A DNA stretch of 64,000 nt from Candidatus Omnitrophota bacterium (GCA_043823745.1 JBDRAN010000003.1:66958-130957), one strand, 5' to 3'. Numbered from the stretch's first letter, positions 9,218 to 18,917 are shown. Notes: generated by a model not told the origin, from the sequence alone. Made by a program: numbers and translations.

Positions 9218-9572
9218 CCATCCTTAATATAAATACTAAGGCAGGCAAAATTTGCGTTGTATCTTTTTGATACACGGGGTTTATCTCTAACCATACGATC
9301 ATACATGAGTTATGAACATTAACAGTTCTTTAACGCAAATTTTGGGTTCAACCGAATTATATCGGGCCATTTATCATATTCCGTATCTCGTCGTTCGTAT
9401 TGCGTCTAAGATGCACTTTAACTATACGCTGCGAATTGGCCCCGTTTTTGCACCCGATAGATTCCCTTGCAATTTCTCGAAATTGCGAAAAAATCAATGG
9501 AGGCAAAAACGGGGATAATTCGACTATGTGATTTTTCTTCGCCTACGGCGTAAAAATCACAGTCTCATTAAA

Positions 9573-9643
9573 AGCGGGCGATGGGAATCGAACCCACATC
9601 TAAAGCTTGGGAAGCTCTCATTCTACCACTGAACTACGCCCGC
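9573..9643 (-). tRNA. tRNA-Gly (anticodon CCC)
   Basis: revcomp GCGGGCGTAGTTCAGTGGTAGAATGAGAGCTTCCCAAGCTTTAGATGTGGGTTCGATTCCCATCGCCCGCT; cloverleaf with GTTCGATTC T-arm; near-identical to E. coli glyU class. Confidence 0.85.
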
Positions 9644-9965
9644 ACAGAGCCAGAGTGCTTTCGCACTTCCTGACGATATTGTTCCCTATTGCAAAAATAA
9701 GCGTTATCGGAAAGATGATTTTCCCATCAATGTCGTATGCGCTACTGACTCTTCATAGTGCTCCGCCCCTCTGACGCTCCGCTCGTGAGTATACCCTCGG
9801 AAGTCCACCCCTCGCGTCGCTGTCACCCCTGATGCAAAACCACTGAAAAGTACTAAAAATCTTTTGCTCCGCCACGCATCAGCCCACAATACCCCCTATT
9901 ATCTGCAATCTGCCATTTGATATCTGAGAATCCTCTCCCAAATCCTGGAGCCTCGAGCCTAGAGC

Positions 9966-11219
9966 CTACTTTAATAGATTACACTTCTCGATAATCTTCA
10001 AAGAACAAAAATCGCCGCACATCGTGCACATATCAAGACCGGGGCTTAAGCTCTTGCGATAGCGCCGGGCCTTGGCAGGATCAATGGAAAGTGAAAAAAG
10101 CTTTTTCCAGTCACGCCGCGCGCGATGCAACGAAAGCCGCTCATCGATGGCCCATTCATCCTTAAAACGCACAACATCAACCGAGTGCGCGGCAATACGC
10201 GAAGCAATAACGCCCTCTCGTATGTCCTCAACGCTCGGGTGCCTCAGATGTTCAGCCGGCGTCACCACGCATAGAAAATCAGCGCCGGCAAGTGCGGCAA
10301 TCGCCCCCCCGATGGCACCGGTAATATGGTCGTAGCCGGCGGCAATATCCGTTGGAAGCGGCCCCAGGACATAAAAAGGTGCGCGATCGCATATTTTTTT
10401 CTCTAAGTACATATTCTGTGCGATCTCATCAATACGCACGTGGCCCGGGCCTTCAACCATAACCTGGACTCCGGCTCGCCGCGCGCGCCCCACAAGCTGG
10501 CCAAGCACATATAATTCCGAGAGCTGCAGCTGGTCGGTTGAATCAGCAATCGCGCCGGGTCTCAATGCATCACCGAGACTTAAGGTTATATTATACTCCT
10601 TGGCAATCGTAAGAATTTCATCAAAATGCTCATAGAAAGGGTTTTCTTTTTTATTAACATACATCCAGCGAGCGAGAATCGCGCCGCCGCGTGAAACAAT
10701 CCCGCAGACACGCTTACGCCGCTCGATCATGGCCAGGGCCTCGCGCAAAATTCCAGAGTGAATCGTAAAAAAATCAACACCGGCACGAGCTTGATCGACA
10801 AGAACCTCTTTGATATCCGCAAAGGTTATTTTTTCAAAACTACCCCGCTGGCGCTTAACGCGCGTTGCTACCTCATATACCGGAACCGTCCCCAGCGGTA
10901 CCCCCGAGGCCCGCAGTATCTGGTTACGTATCCCCGCCAGGTCTCCACCGATACTTAAATCCATAAGGGTGTGAGCTCCAGCCTCTACCGCTGCGGTGAT
11001 CTTAGCACGCTCTTCTTTAATATTGACTGCGTCAGGGGAAGTGCCGATATTGGCATTAATTTTTACTTTCAGCCCTTCTCCGATCGCGCAGGCGCGGATC
11101 CCTTTTCGTATTTTATTCAAAGGAATAACGATACGGCCGCTTACCAGCCCCGCGGAAAGATATGACAGGGGCACTTTTTCAACCAAGGCTAATTCTTTAA
11201 GAAAGTTTTTAGATATCAT
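9966..11219 (-). CDS. thiC: ThiC-family radical-SAM enzyme (phosphomethylpyrimidine synthase or short paralog such as BzaF)
   Basis: 417 aa; GTVPVYEV motif and C-terminal CTMCGDFCSLK (CxMCGxxFCxxK) cluster. Confidence 0.75.
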   Translation of the reverse strand: MISKNFLKELALVEKVPLSYLSAGLVSGRIVIPLNKIRKGIRACAIGEGLKVKINANIGTSPDAVNIKEERAKITAAVEAGAHTLMDLSIGGDLAGIRNQILRASGVPLGTVPVYEVATRVKRQRGSFEKITFADIKEVLVDQARAGVDFFTIHSGILREALAMIERRKRVCGIVSRGGAILARWMYVNKKENPFYEHFDEILTIAKEYNITLSLGDALRPGAIADSTDQLQLSELYVLGQLVGRARRAGVQVMVEGPGHVRIDEIAQNMYLEKKICDRAPFYVLGPLPTDIAAGYDHITGAIGGAIAALAGADFLCVVTPAEHLRHPSVEDIREGVIASRIAAHSVDVVRFKDEWAIDERLSLHRARRDWKKLFSLSIDPAKARRYRKSLSPGLDMCTMCGDFCSLKIIEKCNLLK

Positions 11220-11224
11220 ATATT

Positions 11225-11671
11225 TTATTTCTTACGTATCCTCTTAAAACCATAACGCATCAGAACCTCTTTCTCAAGAGCGTACAACCGATAGCGAATT
11301 TCTTTTGCCTGAGCCACTGCGGAAGGCGCGATAAGTTTAGAAAACTCCTCGATAACCCGCAATGATTCTTTGACGCGGGCCAAATTGCTATAGAGAACAT
11401 CAGTGACCCGTGCGCGGGACAACTCAAGGATATCCGTCGGCCGACCAAGGTCACGGTTCGAATTCCGGGCGGCGATAGCGTTCCTCAATGCCTTGATCTG
11501 TAAAATCACATCAAGTTGGTGACGCAGGCGCCGCAATCGTATGCGCAGCGCATTATCGTGAGCGATAAAGCGCGCAATATCCTCAACAACACGCAAACCC
11601 TCTTTCGCGCGATTGATGTTAGCGTCAAGAATTCTTAAAATTCCTTTATGTTCTAATGTAATCGGTGCCAT
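11225..11671 (-). CDS. hypothetical helical protein with internal two-fold repeat
   Basis: 148 aa; two similar segments ...RAKEGLRVVEDIARF... / ...RVKESLRVIEEFSKL...; no family recognised; operonic with thiC. Confidence 0.3.
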   Translation of the reverse strand: MAPITLEHKGILRILDANINRAKEGLRVVEDIARFIAHDNALRIRLRRLRHQLDVILQIKALRNAIAARNSNRDLGRPTDILELSRARVTDVLYSNLARVKESLRVIEEFSKLIAPSAVAQAKEIRYRLYALEKEVLMRYGFKRIRKK

Positions 11672-11682
11672 AGAGTCCCTCC

Positions 11683-12144
11683 CTAGCGCGCCTTAAGAAT
11701 CTTTTCAATAATAGCTGAAGTCGAGTAACCGGGATAGAGTTTCACACGCACGACCCGGCCTGCGTATTGGCGACCGATGATGCCTTTGAGCTCCCAATCA
11801 CCGCCTTTGATTAAAACATCAGGACAAAGATCGCGAATCACCGTAAGCGGCGTATCCTGCTTAAAAACAACAATATAATCCACAACACTAAGCCCCGCAA
11901 GAACTTCTGCTCGAGCGCGCTCTCGGAGTATGGGCCGTTTACTTCCCTTAATGCGCCTGATCGAGCTATCGGAGTTAAGGCCAACGATTAAAATATCTCC
12001 CCGGCGTTTCGCATCAGTTAAAATTTTTATATGCCCGGGATGGAGTATATCAAAACAGCCGTTCGTAAATACGATACGTTTGCCACGTTCTTTAAGACGC
12101 TTCACGATACCACGCAAAACAGCTTGTGACTTTATTTTTCCCAT
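11683..12144 (-). CDS. hldC: D-glycero-beta-D-manno-heptose 1-phosphate adenylyltransferase (RfaE domain II / HldC-like cytidylyltransferase)
   Basis: 153 aa; FTNGCFDILHPGHIKIL nucleotidyltransferase motif. Confidence 0.7.
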   Translation of the reverse strand: MGKIKSQAVLRGIVKRLKERGKRIVFTNGCFDILHPGHIKILTDAKRRGDILIVGLNSDSSIRRIKGSKRPILRERARAEVLAGLSVVDYIVVFKQDTPLTVIRDLCPDVLIKGGDWELKGIIGRQYAGRVVRVKLYPGYSTSAIIEKILKAR

Positions 12145-12164
12145 AAATGCTGAATATTAAAACG

Positions 12165-12728
12165 TTAAAGGAAGGCTTCTTCCACTATTTCACAAATAAT
12201 ATGCCCTGCAAGGATATGTATCTCCTGAACCCGCGGGGTGTCGGTGCTGGGTACAAGAAAAGCAATATCAACCATTTCCTTGAGTGCTCCACCGTCTCGA
12301 CCCAAGAACCCGACCGTTTTGATGTTTAACTGTTTTGCGGCAGCAATCGCCCGTAAAACATTCTCTGATTTTCCCGATGTCGATATTCCCACGACGATGT
12401 CGTGCTCACTCGCGAGCGCCTGTACCTGGCGCGAAAATAACTCATCAAACCCGTAATCGTTGCCGATTGCCGTAAGACTAGACACATTACTCGCAAGAGA
12501 GAGTGCCGCAAGAGGGATCCTATTGTTCTTAAAGCGGCCCACAAACTCAGCAGCTAAATGCTGGGCATCGGCAGCGGAACCTCCGTTACCCATAAAAATA
12601 ATCTTTCCCTTCTTTCGCAGAGCTTCAATAAACAGAGATGCGATAGCCTCGATAACCGCAAGGTTTGATTCAAGGCTCGCGAGCGCATGCCGATGGTTTT
12701 CTATCGAAGCTCTCATTATTCTATTCAT
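12165..12728 (-). CDS. gmhA: phosphoheptose isomerase (SIS domain)
   Basis: SIS motifs GNGGSAADAQH...ISTSGKS; start placed at internal MNRIM (ORF-track start 12773 is probably an N-terminal over-extension). Confidence 0.7.
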   Translation of the reverse strand: MNRIMRASIENHRHALASLESNLAVIEAIASLFIEALRKKGKIIFMGNGGSAADAQHLAAEFVGRFKNNRIPLAALSLASNVSSLTAIGNDYGFDELFSRQVQALASEHDIVVGISTSGKSENVLRAIAAAKQLNIKTVGFLGRDGGALKEMVDIAFLVPSTDTPRVQEIHILAGHIICEIVEEAFL

Positions 12729-12809
12729 ACAATCCCCTTTATGGTAAACACAAAAAACGCTAACTGCATCCACGCCGCACGGACCGCATTTAGCGTTTAT
12801 ATATCAATG

Positions 12810-13835
12810 TTAACCAAAAAATATCTTCGCGATGTCGTATAACTTAAGATCAACGGTCTTAAGCGCGCGCGTTGCCTCCTCAAGAGGAACAGCCACAATG
12901 TCCGCTCCGCGAAGACTAACCATGGTGCCGAATTTCCCCTCACGAACAAGCTCATACGCGCGCACGCCAAAACGAGTTCCCAACACCCGGTCAAACGCCG
13001 TTGGCGTTCCCCCACGCTGGATATGACCAAGCACCGTCACGCGCGTTTCAAAACCGGTTTTCTGTTCAATCAATTTACCAAGCTGCTCTCCGATCCCACC
13101 CAGCCGAACATGGCCAAATTCATCAAGTTTCTTTTCTTGAACCGCAAGATCCGTCTCCTTGAACGCTGCTCCCTCTGAAACAACAATAATGCTAAAATTC
13201 TTCCCGCGCGCAAGACGCTTTTTTATTGAATCGCACACTTCATCAAGATCAATAGGCTTTTCAGGAATCAAAATATAATCGGCGCCGCCGGCAATACCTG
13301 AATAGGTAGCAATCCAGCCGGCATGACGCCCCATAACCTCAACCACCATGATGCGATTGTGTGACTCAGCGGTCGTATGAAGCCGATCAATACACTCAGT
13401 AACAATATTGATTGACGTATCAAAACCAAACGTAAAATCAGTAGCCCCTAGGTCATTATCGATGGTCTTAGGAACCCCGACAACCTTAACACCTTCCTTG
13501 GCAAGCTTTGTCGCCACGCCCAGCGTATCTTCGCCGCCAACAACAATCAAGGCATCAAGGCCGAGACTCTTTAAATTATCCTTGGCTATCGCTGCTCCGT
13601 TCTCTTTCTTATAAGGATTAGTACGGGAAGTACCCAGGATCGTACCGCCCCGGTGCAAGATTCCTGACACCGAACGCAGGTCAAGCGGGATATAATCCTT
13701 CTCAAGAAGCCCCTTCCAGCCATATTTAATACCTACCACTTCATCGCCTGAGTTAATCGCCGTTCTCACCACTCCGCGAATTACCGGATTAAGCCCCGGG
13801 CAATCGCCTCCGCCTGTTAAAATCCCTATTTTCAT
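12810..13835 (-). CDS. pfkA: 6-phosphofructokinase (PfkA family)
   Basis: 341 aa; MKIGILTGGGDCPGLN start; AAGGAGG ribosome-binding site (plus-strand CCTCCTT at 13842-13848) 7 nt upstream. Confidence 0.85.
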   Translation of the reverse strand: MKIGILTGGGDCPGLNPVIRGVVRTAINSGDEVVGIKYGWKGLLEKDYIPLDLRSVSGILHRGGTILGTSRTNPYKKENGAAIAKDNLKSLGLDALIVVGGEDTLGVATKLAKEGVKVVGVPKTIDNDLGATDFTFGFDTSINIVTECIDRLHTTAESHNRIMVVEVMGRHAGWIATYSGIAGGADYILIPEKPIDLDEVCDSIKKRLARGKNFSIIVVSEGAAFKETDLAVQEKKLDEFGHVRLGGIGEQLGKLIEQKTGFETRVTVLGHIQRGGTPTAFDRVLGTRFGVRAYELVREGKFGTMVSLRGADIVAVPLEEATRALKTVDLKLYDIAKIFFG

Positions 13836-13864
13836 TATAATCCTCCTTAAATTTTTTCCTTCGG

Positions 13865-13913
13865 CGAAAATTTAATCACGAAGCGCTTCGTGTTAAATTT
13901 CGCAGAAATTTAA
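13865..13913. promoter_or_regulatory. compound palindromic operator in the pfkA 5' region
   Basis: 38-bp near-perfect palindrome CGAAAATTTAATCACGAAGC|GCTTCGTGTTAAATTTCG (13865-13902) overlapping a 21-bp perfect palindrome TTAAATTTC-gca-GAAATTTAA (13893-13913); 30-78 bp upstream of the pfkA ATG. Confidence 0.45.
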
Positions 13914-14129
13914 CAGGTATGCATGCGCAAGGGATAACAATACTATTATTGTCAAACATTGGCGCAACGAGCGCCGTGCGAGCGTTTCGAACGACTGCTG
14001 CAAAATATTCTGCTCGAAGAACGAAGATTGTGCAGCCATGCGGGTCATTCAACATCAAGCGCGTGGAAGTACATTTTTAATGCCACTATGATTTTGATAC
14101 AAACGCACAAGAATCACTGTGCAGCATGC

Positions 14130-14717
14130 CTAATAATTTCGAAATGGTATTTCCGGTTCTTCCTCAACCAGTTTCTTGTTCCCTCGACTAAAGGACATTT
14201 TTCGTATTTCTATCCGGACTTTAATTTCTTTATCTTCACCTAACAATTGCTGCAACTTCTCCCGCAGCTCCCCCTGAATAGTGCTTGTAAACTCGATTAA
14301 ATTTAGCTCCGAAGTAAGATTCCCCCTAATAACGACTTCGACTATTCTTTTCCCGGCAATCACGCGCGGCCGCACGTGAGAAAGCTCATGATGATGCTCA
14401 AGCGTTTTTTTGAGCATATCCTCGATCGCAAAAAGCGTAATGCTTACACGGCCTTGCGGGGATTCTAAAACTACCGATCGTTCACGTTGTGAACGGAAAA
14501 AAAATGTTTCCAGATATCTGATACAAAGAAGAATAACCAACGTACCGATAAACGTAAACTGTAAACGAAAAATCATATCACCCGCGTTGGTCTCTACGAA
14601 CATAAGCTGCTTATGAATATATAAGAGAAACGGTTGCGTGTTCCAGGCAAGACCGATTAATACTGAACCAAGCACAAACGACATTAAAACGTAAATAAGA
14701 CTTATCAAGAATACCAT
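14130..14717 (-). CDS. membrane-anchored Asp23-associated protein (AmaP-like)
   Basis: 195 aa; two N-terminal TM helices, then a soluble domain; sits immediately downstream of an Asp23-family gene, as in Firmicutes amaP-asp23. Confidence 0.4.
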   Translation of the reverse strand: MVFLISLIYVLMSFVLGSVLIGLAWNTQPFLLYIHKQLMFVETNAGDMIFRLQFTFIGTLVILLCIRYLETFFFRSQRERSVVLESPQGRVSITLFAIEDMLKKTLEHHHELSHVRPRVIAGKRIVEVVIRGNLTSELNLIEFTSTIQGELREKLQQLLGEDKEIKVRIEIRKMSFSRGNKKLVEEEPEIPFRNY

Positions 14718-14719
14718 AC

Positions 14720-15067
14720 TTACCCCCTTTCCACCCGCTTTATCTTGACATCAACGTTTATTGAATCGATATTAAGATTATTTTGCATATGGTAAATCAC
14801 TTTTTTCTGAACCTCGCAGGCGACGTCAACAACATTTTCCCCCCAGGCGACCGTAATGGGAACAACGATCTTAATTTCCTTATCAAGCTGTACTTTCGTT
14901 CCGGGGATACCAAAAAACTTCAACACCCCACCCCTAAAAGGCCCCGAGCACTCCCATCCAACCAACCTGACGCCTTTGACGCTGGCAGCTGCAGCCTCGG
15001 CAACTTCTCGGATCACTTTTCGATGGATCTTGATCTGGCCGAACTCTGAACTTATGTTTCTGTCCAT
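14720..15067 (-). CDS. Asp23/Gls24 (DUF322) family protein
   Basis: 115 aa; [21 protein letters not shown]... pattern of alkaline-shock-protein family; downstream of accBC like B. subtilis yqhY. Confidence 0.6.
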   Translation of the reverse strand: MDRNISSEFGQIKIHRKVIREVAEAAAASVKGVRLVGWECSGPFRGGVLKFFGIPGTKVQLDKEIKIVVPITVAWGENVVDVACEVQKKVIYHMQNNLNIDSINVDVKIKRVERG

Positions 15068-16416
15068 TCCTCCTCCTTGGCTAAAAACTTCTCCAAGAAA
15101 CCAGTATGGTAATTCCCTCGCTTAAAATCGGGATTGGTAATCACACTTTTGCAAAATGAAGCAGTTGTTTTAATCGGTTCAATGCGCACCTCATCCAGCG
15201 CGCGCGCCATTTTGGTAAGCGCATCAGCGCGGTCGCTACCGGTAGCGATAATTTTCGCAATAAGCGAATCGTAATAGGGTGGGATGCGATAACCGGAATA
15301 GATGTGCGTATCGACACGAATATCTTTGCCCCCCGGAAGGTAACAAAACTCTATCGTGCCCGGTGAAGGCATAAAACCATTCTCGGAATCTTCAGCGTTA
15401 ATACGGCACTCAATCGCGCACCCTTTAAACTTGATCGCATCCTGTTTTATGCGCAACTTCTCCCCTGCGGCAATAGCAATCTGCAGCTTAAGAAGGTCAA
15501 TGCCGGTTACCTGTTCGGTGATAGGATGTTCAACCTGAATGCGCGTATTCATCTCCATAAAGTAAAATTTACCGTCCTGGGCCAACAAGAATTCAACCGT
15601 CCCGACTCCGCGATAATTAATGCTCTTGATACCTTTGATAGTTACCTCTCCTAATTTTTTTCGCAAACGAGCATCGACGGCCGGCGAAGGAGTTTCTTCG
15701 ATAATTTTTTGATGACGGCGTTGGATGCTACAATCGCGCTCCTCGAAATAAATTACATTCCCATAATTATCAGCGGCTACCTGTACCTCAATATGCCGCG
15801 GTCCCTCAATATATTTCTCCATATACACTTCAGAATCACCAAACGCGACCTCTGCCTCTGACTGCGCGGTAAGAAGCGCGCTCACCAAACGAACATCGCT
15901 ATGGCAGATACGCATGCCACGGCCGCCGCCGCCGGCTTTTGCTTTAAGAATCACAGGGTATCCGATTTTCTTGGCAATAGCAAGCACTTCGTCTTTGGAT
16001 TTAATACCACCTTTGCTGCCCGGGATCAAAGGAATTCCAACTTTCTGCATGGTTTCTTTGGCCCTGATCTTATCACCCATCATCCTGATATTCTCAGCCG
16101 TAGGGCCAATAAATTTAATCCCGCAGGAGTCACAAACCTCTGCAAAGTAAGGGTTTTCCGAAAGAAAACCATATCCCGGATGGATCGCGTCGCTATCGGT
16201 AATTTCGGCGGCGCTAATAATACTTGAAATATTAAGATAACTTTCTGATGAAGGAGCTTTTCCGATGCAAATAGCTTCGTCAGCGAGCTCGACATGAAGT
16301 GAATTTTTATCCGCCTCGGAATACACTGCAACTGTTTTAATACCCAGTTCCTTGCAGGCGCGCATAACCCGGATAGCAATTTCTCCCCTATTAGCGATAA
16401 GTACTTTTGAAAACAT
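15052..16416 (-). CDS. accC: acetyl-CoA carboxylase biotin carboxylase subunit
   Basis: 454 aa; [26 protein letters not shown] and ATP-grasp motifs. Confidence 0.9.
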   Translation of the reverse strand: MFSKVLIANRGEIAIRVMRACKELGIKTVAVYSEADKNSLHVELADEAICIGKAPSSESYLNISSIISAAEITDSDAIHPGYGFLSENPYFAEVCDSCGIKFIGPTAENIRMMGDKIRAKETMQKVGIPLIPGSKGGIKSKDEVLAIAKKIGYPVILKAKAGGGGRGMRICHSDVRLVSALLTAQSEAEVAFGDSEVYMEKYIEGPRHIEVQVAADNYGNVIYFEERDCSIQRRHQKIIEETPSPAVDARLRKKLGEVTIKGIKSINYRGVGTVEFLLAQDGKFYFMEMNTRIQVEHPITEQVTGIDLLKLQIAIAAGEKLRIKQDAIKFKGCAIECRINAEDSENGFMPSPGTIEFCYLPGGKDIRVDTHIYSGYRIPPYYDSLIAKIIATGSDRADALTKMARALDEVRIEPIKTTASFCKSVITNPDFKRGNYHTGFLEKFLAKEEEWTET

Positions 16417-16439
16417 GCTTACGTGGTTATTGTGTTCGT

Positions 16440-16862
16440 TTATGACAGTGGCTCTATAAGGAAAAGGGTTCTACCGAATTCAACCGGTTCTCCACTCTCA
16501 GACAGGATCTGAGTTATTTTTCCGCCTACCTCAGATTTAATCTCATTCATAAGTTTCATTGCCTCAATAATACAGACGACATCGCCGGGCTTAACGATGT
16601 CACCGGCTTCAACGTATGGCTTTGCACCCGGAGAGGGAGCGCGATAGAACGTACCGACCATAGGGGATTTAATCTCCAAAGATCCTTCTTTCTTTTCATC
16701 GCCCGCAGCTAGACCGGGGATGACCGCATGAGAAACGACAACCTGCTGATCTGAGCTGAACTTTTTAAGACGAATACGCTTACCCTCTTCTTCAATCTCA
16801 AGCTCGGAAAGGCTATGCGTATTCATAAACTCAATGAACTCTTTCAGTTTTTCTAATTCCAT
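16440..16862 (-). CDS. accB: biotin carboxyl carrier protein
   Basis: 140 aa; biotinylation motif [12 protein letters not shown]. Confidence 0.85.
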   Translation of the reverse strand: MELEKLKEFIEFMNTHSLSELEIEEEGKRIRLKKFSSDQQVVVSHAVIPGLAAGDEKKEGSLEIKSPMVGTFYRAPSPGAKPYVEAGDIVKPGDVVCIIEAMKLMNEIKSEVGGKITQILSESGEPVEFGRTLFLIEPLS

Positions 16863-16919
16863 ATACCCTCCCTGATGATTATCACGCGTCCCCTTACCGC
16901 TTGTATATGCATAGTAGCC

Positions 16920-17969
16920 TCAAGACCGATCACTTAACACGATGCAACCATGTTCACCGACAAGCACCATGTCTTCAATTCGAATTCCGAATTTTCCCTC
17001 AAGGTATATCCCCGGTTCAACCGTAACCACCATGCCGGATTTCAATATCTGTTCATTCCGGTTGTTGAGGTACGGTGCCTCGTGCACAGCCCTTCCCACT
17101 CCGTGGCCAAGTCCGTGGCCGAAATACTTTCCGTAACCCTTTTTTTCAATAATAGAGCGCGCTGCTATGTCCACGCTTTTCGCGGTTACCCCAGCGCGTA
17201 TTTTTTTAATCGCGGCGCTTTGCGCAATCTTAACAATATCATATATTTTACGAACTAAGCGGGTTATTTTACCGTTAAAAAATACCCTTGTCAAGTCAGC
17301 GCAGTATTCACAATGCTTTGAGCCTAAATCAATTAGGAAAAAATTATGAATTAGCGCAACGGATTGGGGCTCATAATGAGGGTAGGCGCTATTTTTACCT
17401 CCCGCAACAATAGGCGCAAACGCCAATTCATTGTCCCCGGTAAGTTTTAGAAAACGTTCAATCTCGATACTTAAGTCTTTCTCGGTCTGGCAACCTGCAT
17501 GGATTTCGCGGATAAACTCAAAAGCCTTAAGACTCGTTGCTATTGCGGCACGTATAGCCGCAATTTCATCCGGTTTCTTAATGGCCCGGATATTCTCGAT
17601 AAAATCCTTCGTGGGGACGAAATCAACCGCGTGGGCATTACAATCTTCCTTGATTTTCTGGTATTCTAAAAAAGGAAGGTGCTTTGCCTCAAATCCTATC
17701 TTGGTAAAACCCCGGCGCCGCACTTCGGCCTTAATCCCTGCGAAAATATCAGAGCGCGCCACAACCTTCCAAATCTTTACCTGTTTCGCCTGCGCTTCGT
17801 AGAGAAAATTAGTAAAATAGGTGAGGCTCTCATCGCGACCGACCAATAAATATCCGTCAGCGCGTGAGAATCCGCTTAGGTAGGCAACATTTACAGGGTC
17901 TGAGACCAGAAGCGCATCACAGGAGAGCCCGGCGAGACCTCTAGCACACTGTGTGATACTCTTCTTCAC
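16920..17969 (-). CDS. pepP: Xaa-Pro aminopeptidase (M24 family)
   Basis: 349 aa; HGLGHGVGRAVHEAP and M24 pita-bread motifs. Confidence 0.75.
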   Translation of the reverse strand: MKKSITQCARGLAGLSCDALLVSDPVNVAYLSGFSRADGYLLVGRDESLTYFTNFLYEAQAKQVKIWKVVARSDIFAGIKAEVRRRGFTKIGFEAKHLPFLEYQKIKEDCNAHAVDFVPTKDFIENIRAIKKPDEIAAIRAAIATSLKAFEFIREIHAGCQTEKDLSIEIERFLKLTGDNELAFAPIVAGGKNSAYPHYEPQSVALIHNFFLIDLGSKHCEYCADLTRVFFNGKITRLVRKIYDIVKIAQSAAIKKIRAGVTAKSVDIAARSIIEKKGYGKYFGHGLGHGVGRAVHEAPYLNNRNEQILKSGMVVTVEPGIYLEGKFGIRIEDMVLVGEHGCIVLSDRS

Positions 17970-18427
17970 TGATCCTCGCGGGATTTCGTCAAAAATTCGC
18001 GCGCGGCACTGATTGCGAGAAGATACCCGATGGGTCCTAAACCCGTGATAATACCCACTACAATATCGGAAATAAGGGATTTCTTACGAAATTGTTCGCG
18101 CTTATAAATATTAGAAAGATGCACTTCGATCGCGGGAATATCGACCCCCGCGATGGCATCGCGTATCGCAACCGATGTGTGCGTATACGCTGCCGGGTTA
18201 ATAATTAAAAAATTATATACGCGCGTCGTAATCGCCTCAACAATATCACCCTCGGAATTCGATTGCATAATCTCAATCACACAATCGTGTTTTTTCGCGG
18301 CCTCTTGGATTTCCTTGTTAATCTGCGATAGGCTTACGTTACCATAGATCTGCGGCTCCCGTTTACCTAATAAATGCAGATTAGGCCCATGGATAACAAG
18401 TATCCTAGCTTTTTTCTTTTTCATCAA
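17966..18427 (-). CDS. aroQ: type II 3-dehydroquinate dehydratase
   Basis: 153 aa; ILVIHGPNLHLLGKREPQIYG; listed start is TTG, with an ATG at 18424. Confidence 0.85.
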   Translation of the reverse strand: MMKKKKARILVIHGPNLHLLGKREPQIYGNVSLSQINKEIQEAAKKHDCVIEIMQSNSEGDIVEAITTRVYNFLIINPAAYTHTSVAIRDAIAGVDIPAIEVHLSNIYKREQFRKKSLISDIVVGIITGLGPIGYLLAISAAREFLTKSREDQ

Positions 18428-18579
18428 GCTTGAGCCTCCTCGATAAGCATAATGGGAATACCGTCACGTACAGGGTATTTACGGCCACAGGACGTACAGA
18501 CAATGGTATCTTCTTTGAGTGTTACATCAGCTTTACATAAAGGGCACGCCAGGATCTCAAGCAGTTTTGGATCAATCAT
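18424..18579 (-). CDS. Trm112/UPF0434-family mini-protein (51 aa), below the ORF-track cutoff
   Basis: translation MIDPKLLEILACPLCKADVTLKEDTIVCTSCGRKYPVRDGIPIMLIEEAQA (CPxC...CxxC zinc ribbon); its start shares an ATGA overlap with the DUF1844-like gene's stop, and its stop overlaps the aroQ start (TTGATGA). Confidence 0.55.
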   Translation of the reverse strand: MIDPKLLEILACPLCKADVTLKEDTIVCTSCGRKYPVRDGIPIMLIEEAQA

Positions 18580-18917
18580 AATTTTTTCTTCTCCTCCACA
18601 TACACCAGCCGCAGATTATACAACGATTCCTCCAGAAGTTTCTCCTCGTCCGGTGCTAAATTATTCTTGGTTTTCTCTTTAATAACGCCTAATGTGTCAA
18701 TGAGAAAACGCGCCTGGTCAAGATTCTTCTCTAGCTCGCCCGTAACCGGATTCTTAAGCTTTCCCGCCGCAATCATCGCCTGCATGCTAAGAGAAGAGAT
18801 AAAAATCGCAAATGTCGGTTCATAGTAGGCCTCCTTTTGCGTGGTCGCTTCTGTCTTCTCCTTGCCTACCTGATCCTTCCATGCATCGTCAACCTTCTTT
18901 TTGTTCTCATCACTCAT
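18576..18917 (-). CDS. small acidic protein, possibly DUF1844 family
   Basis: 113 aa; central PTFAIFISSLSMQAMIAAG segment resembles DUF1844; weak. Confidence 0.35.
   Translation of the reverse strand: MSDENKKKVDDAWKDQVGKEKTEATTQKEAYYEPTFAIFISSLSMQAMIAAGKLKNPVTGELEKNLDQARFLIDTLGVIKEKTKNNLAPDEEKLLEESLYNLRLVYVEEKKKL

Noticed and set aside
9094-9518. Small ORFs 9094..9306 (-) and 9312..9518 (+) in the tRNA-Gly tail
   Set aside because: No ribosome-binding site and no recognisable motifs; one ends inside the terminator hairpin. The region looks like structured non-coding sequence.
9644-14129. TPP riboswitch near the ThiC-family gene
   Set aside because: I searched both the thiC-proximal and operon-proximal untranslated regions by eye for CUGAGA / ACCUGAUCUGGAUAAUGCCAGCG-type elements on the minus strand and found none. 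This cannot be excluded without a covariance-model scan.
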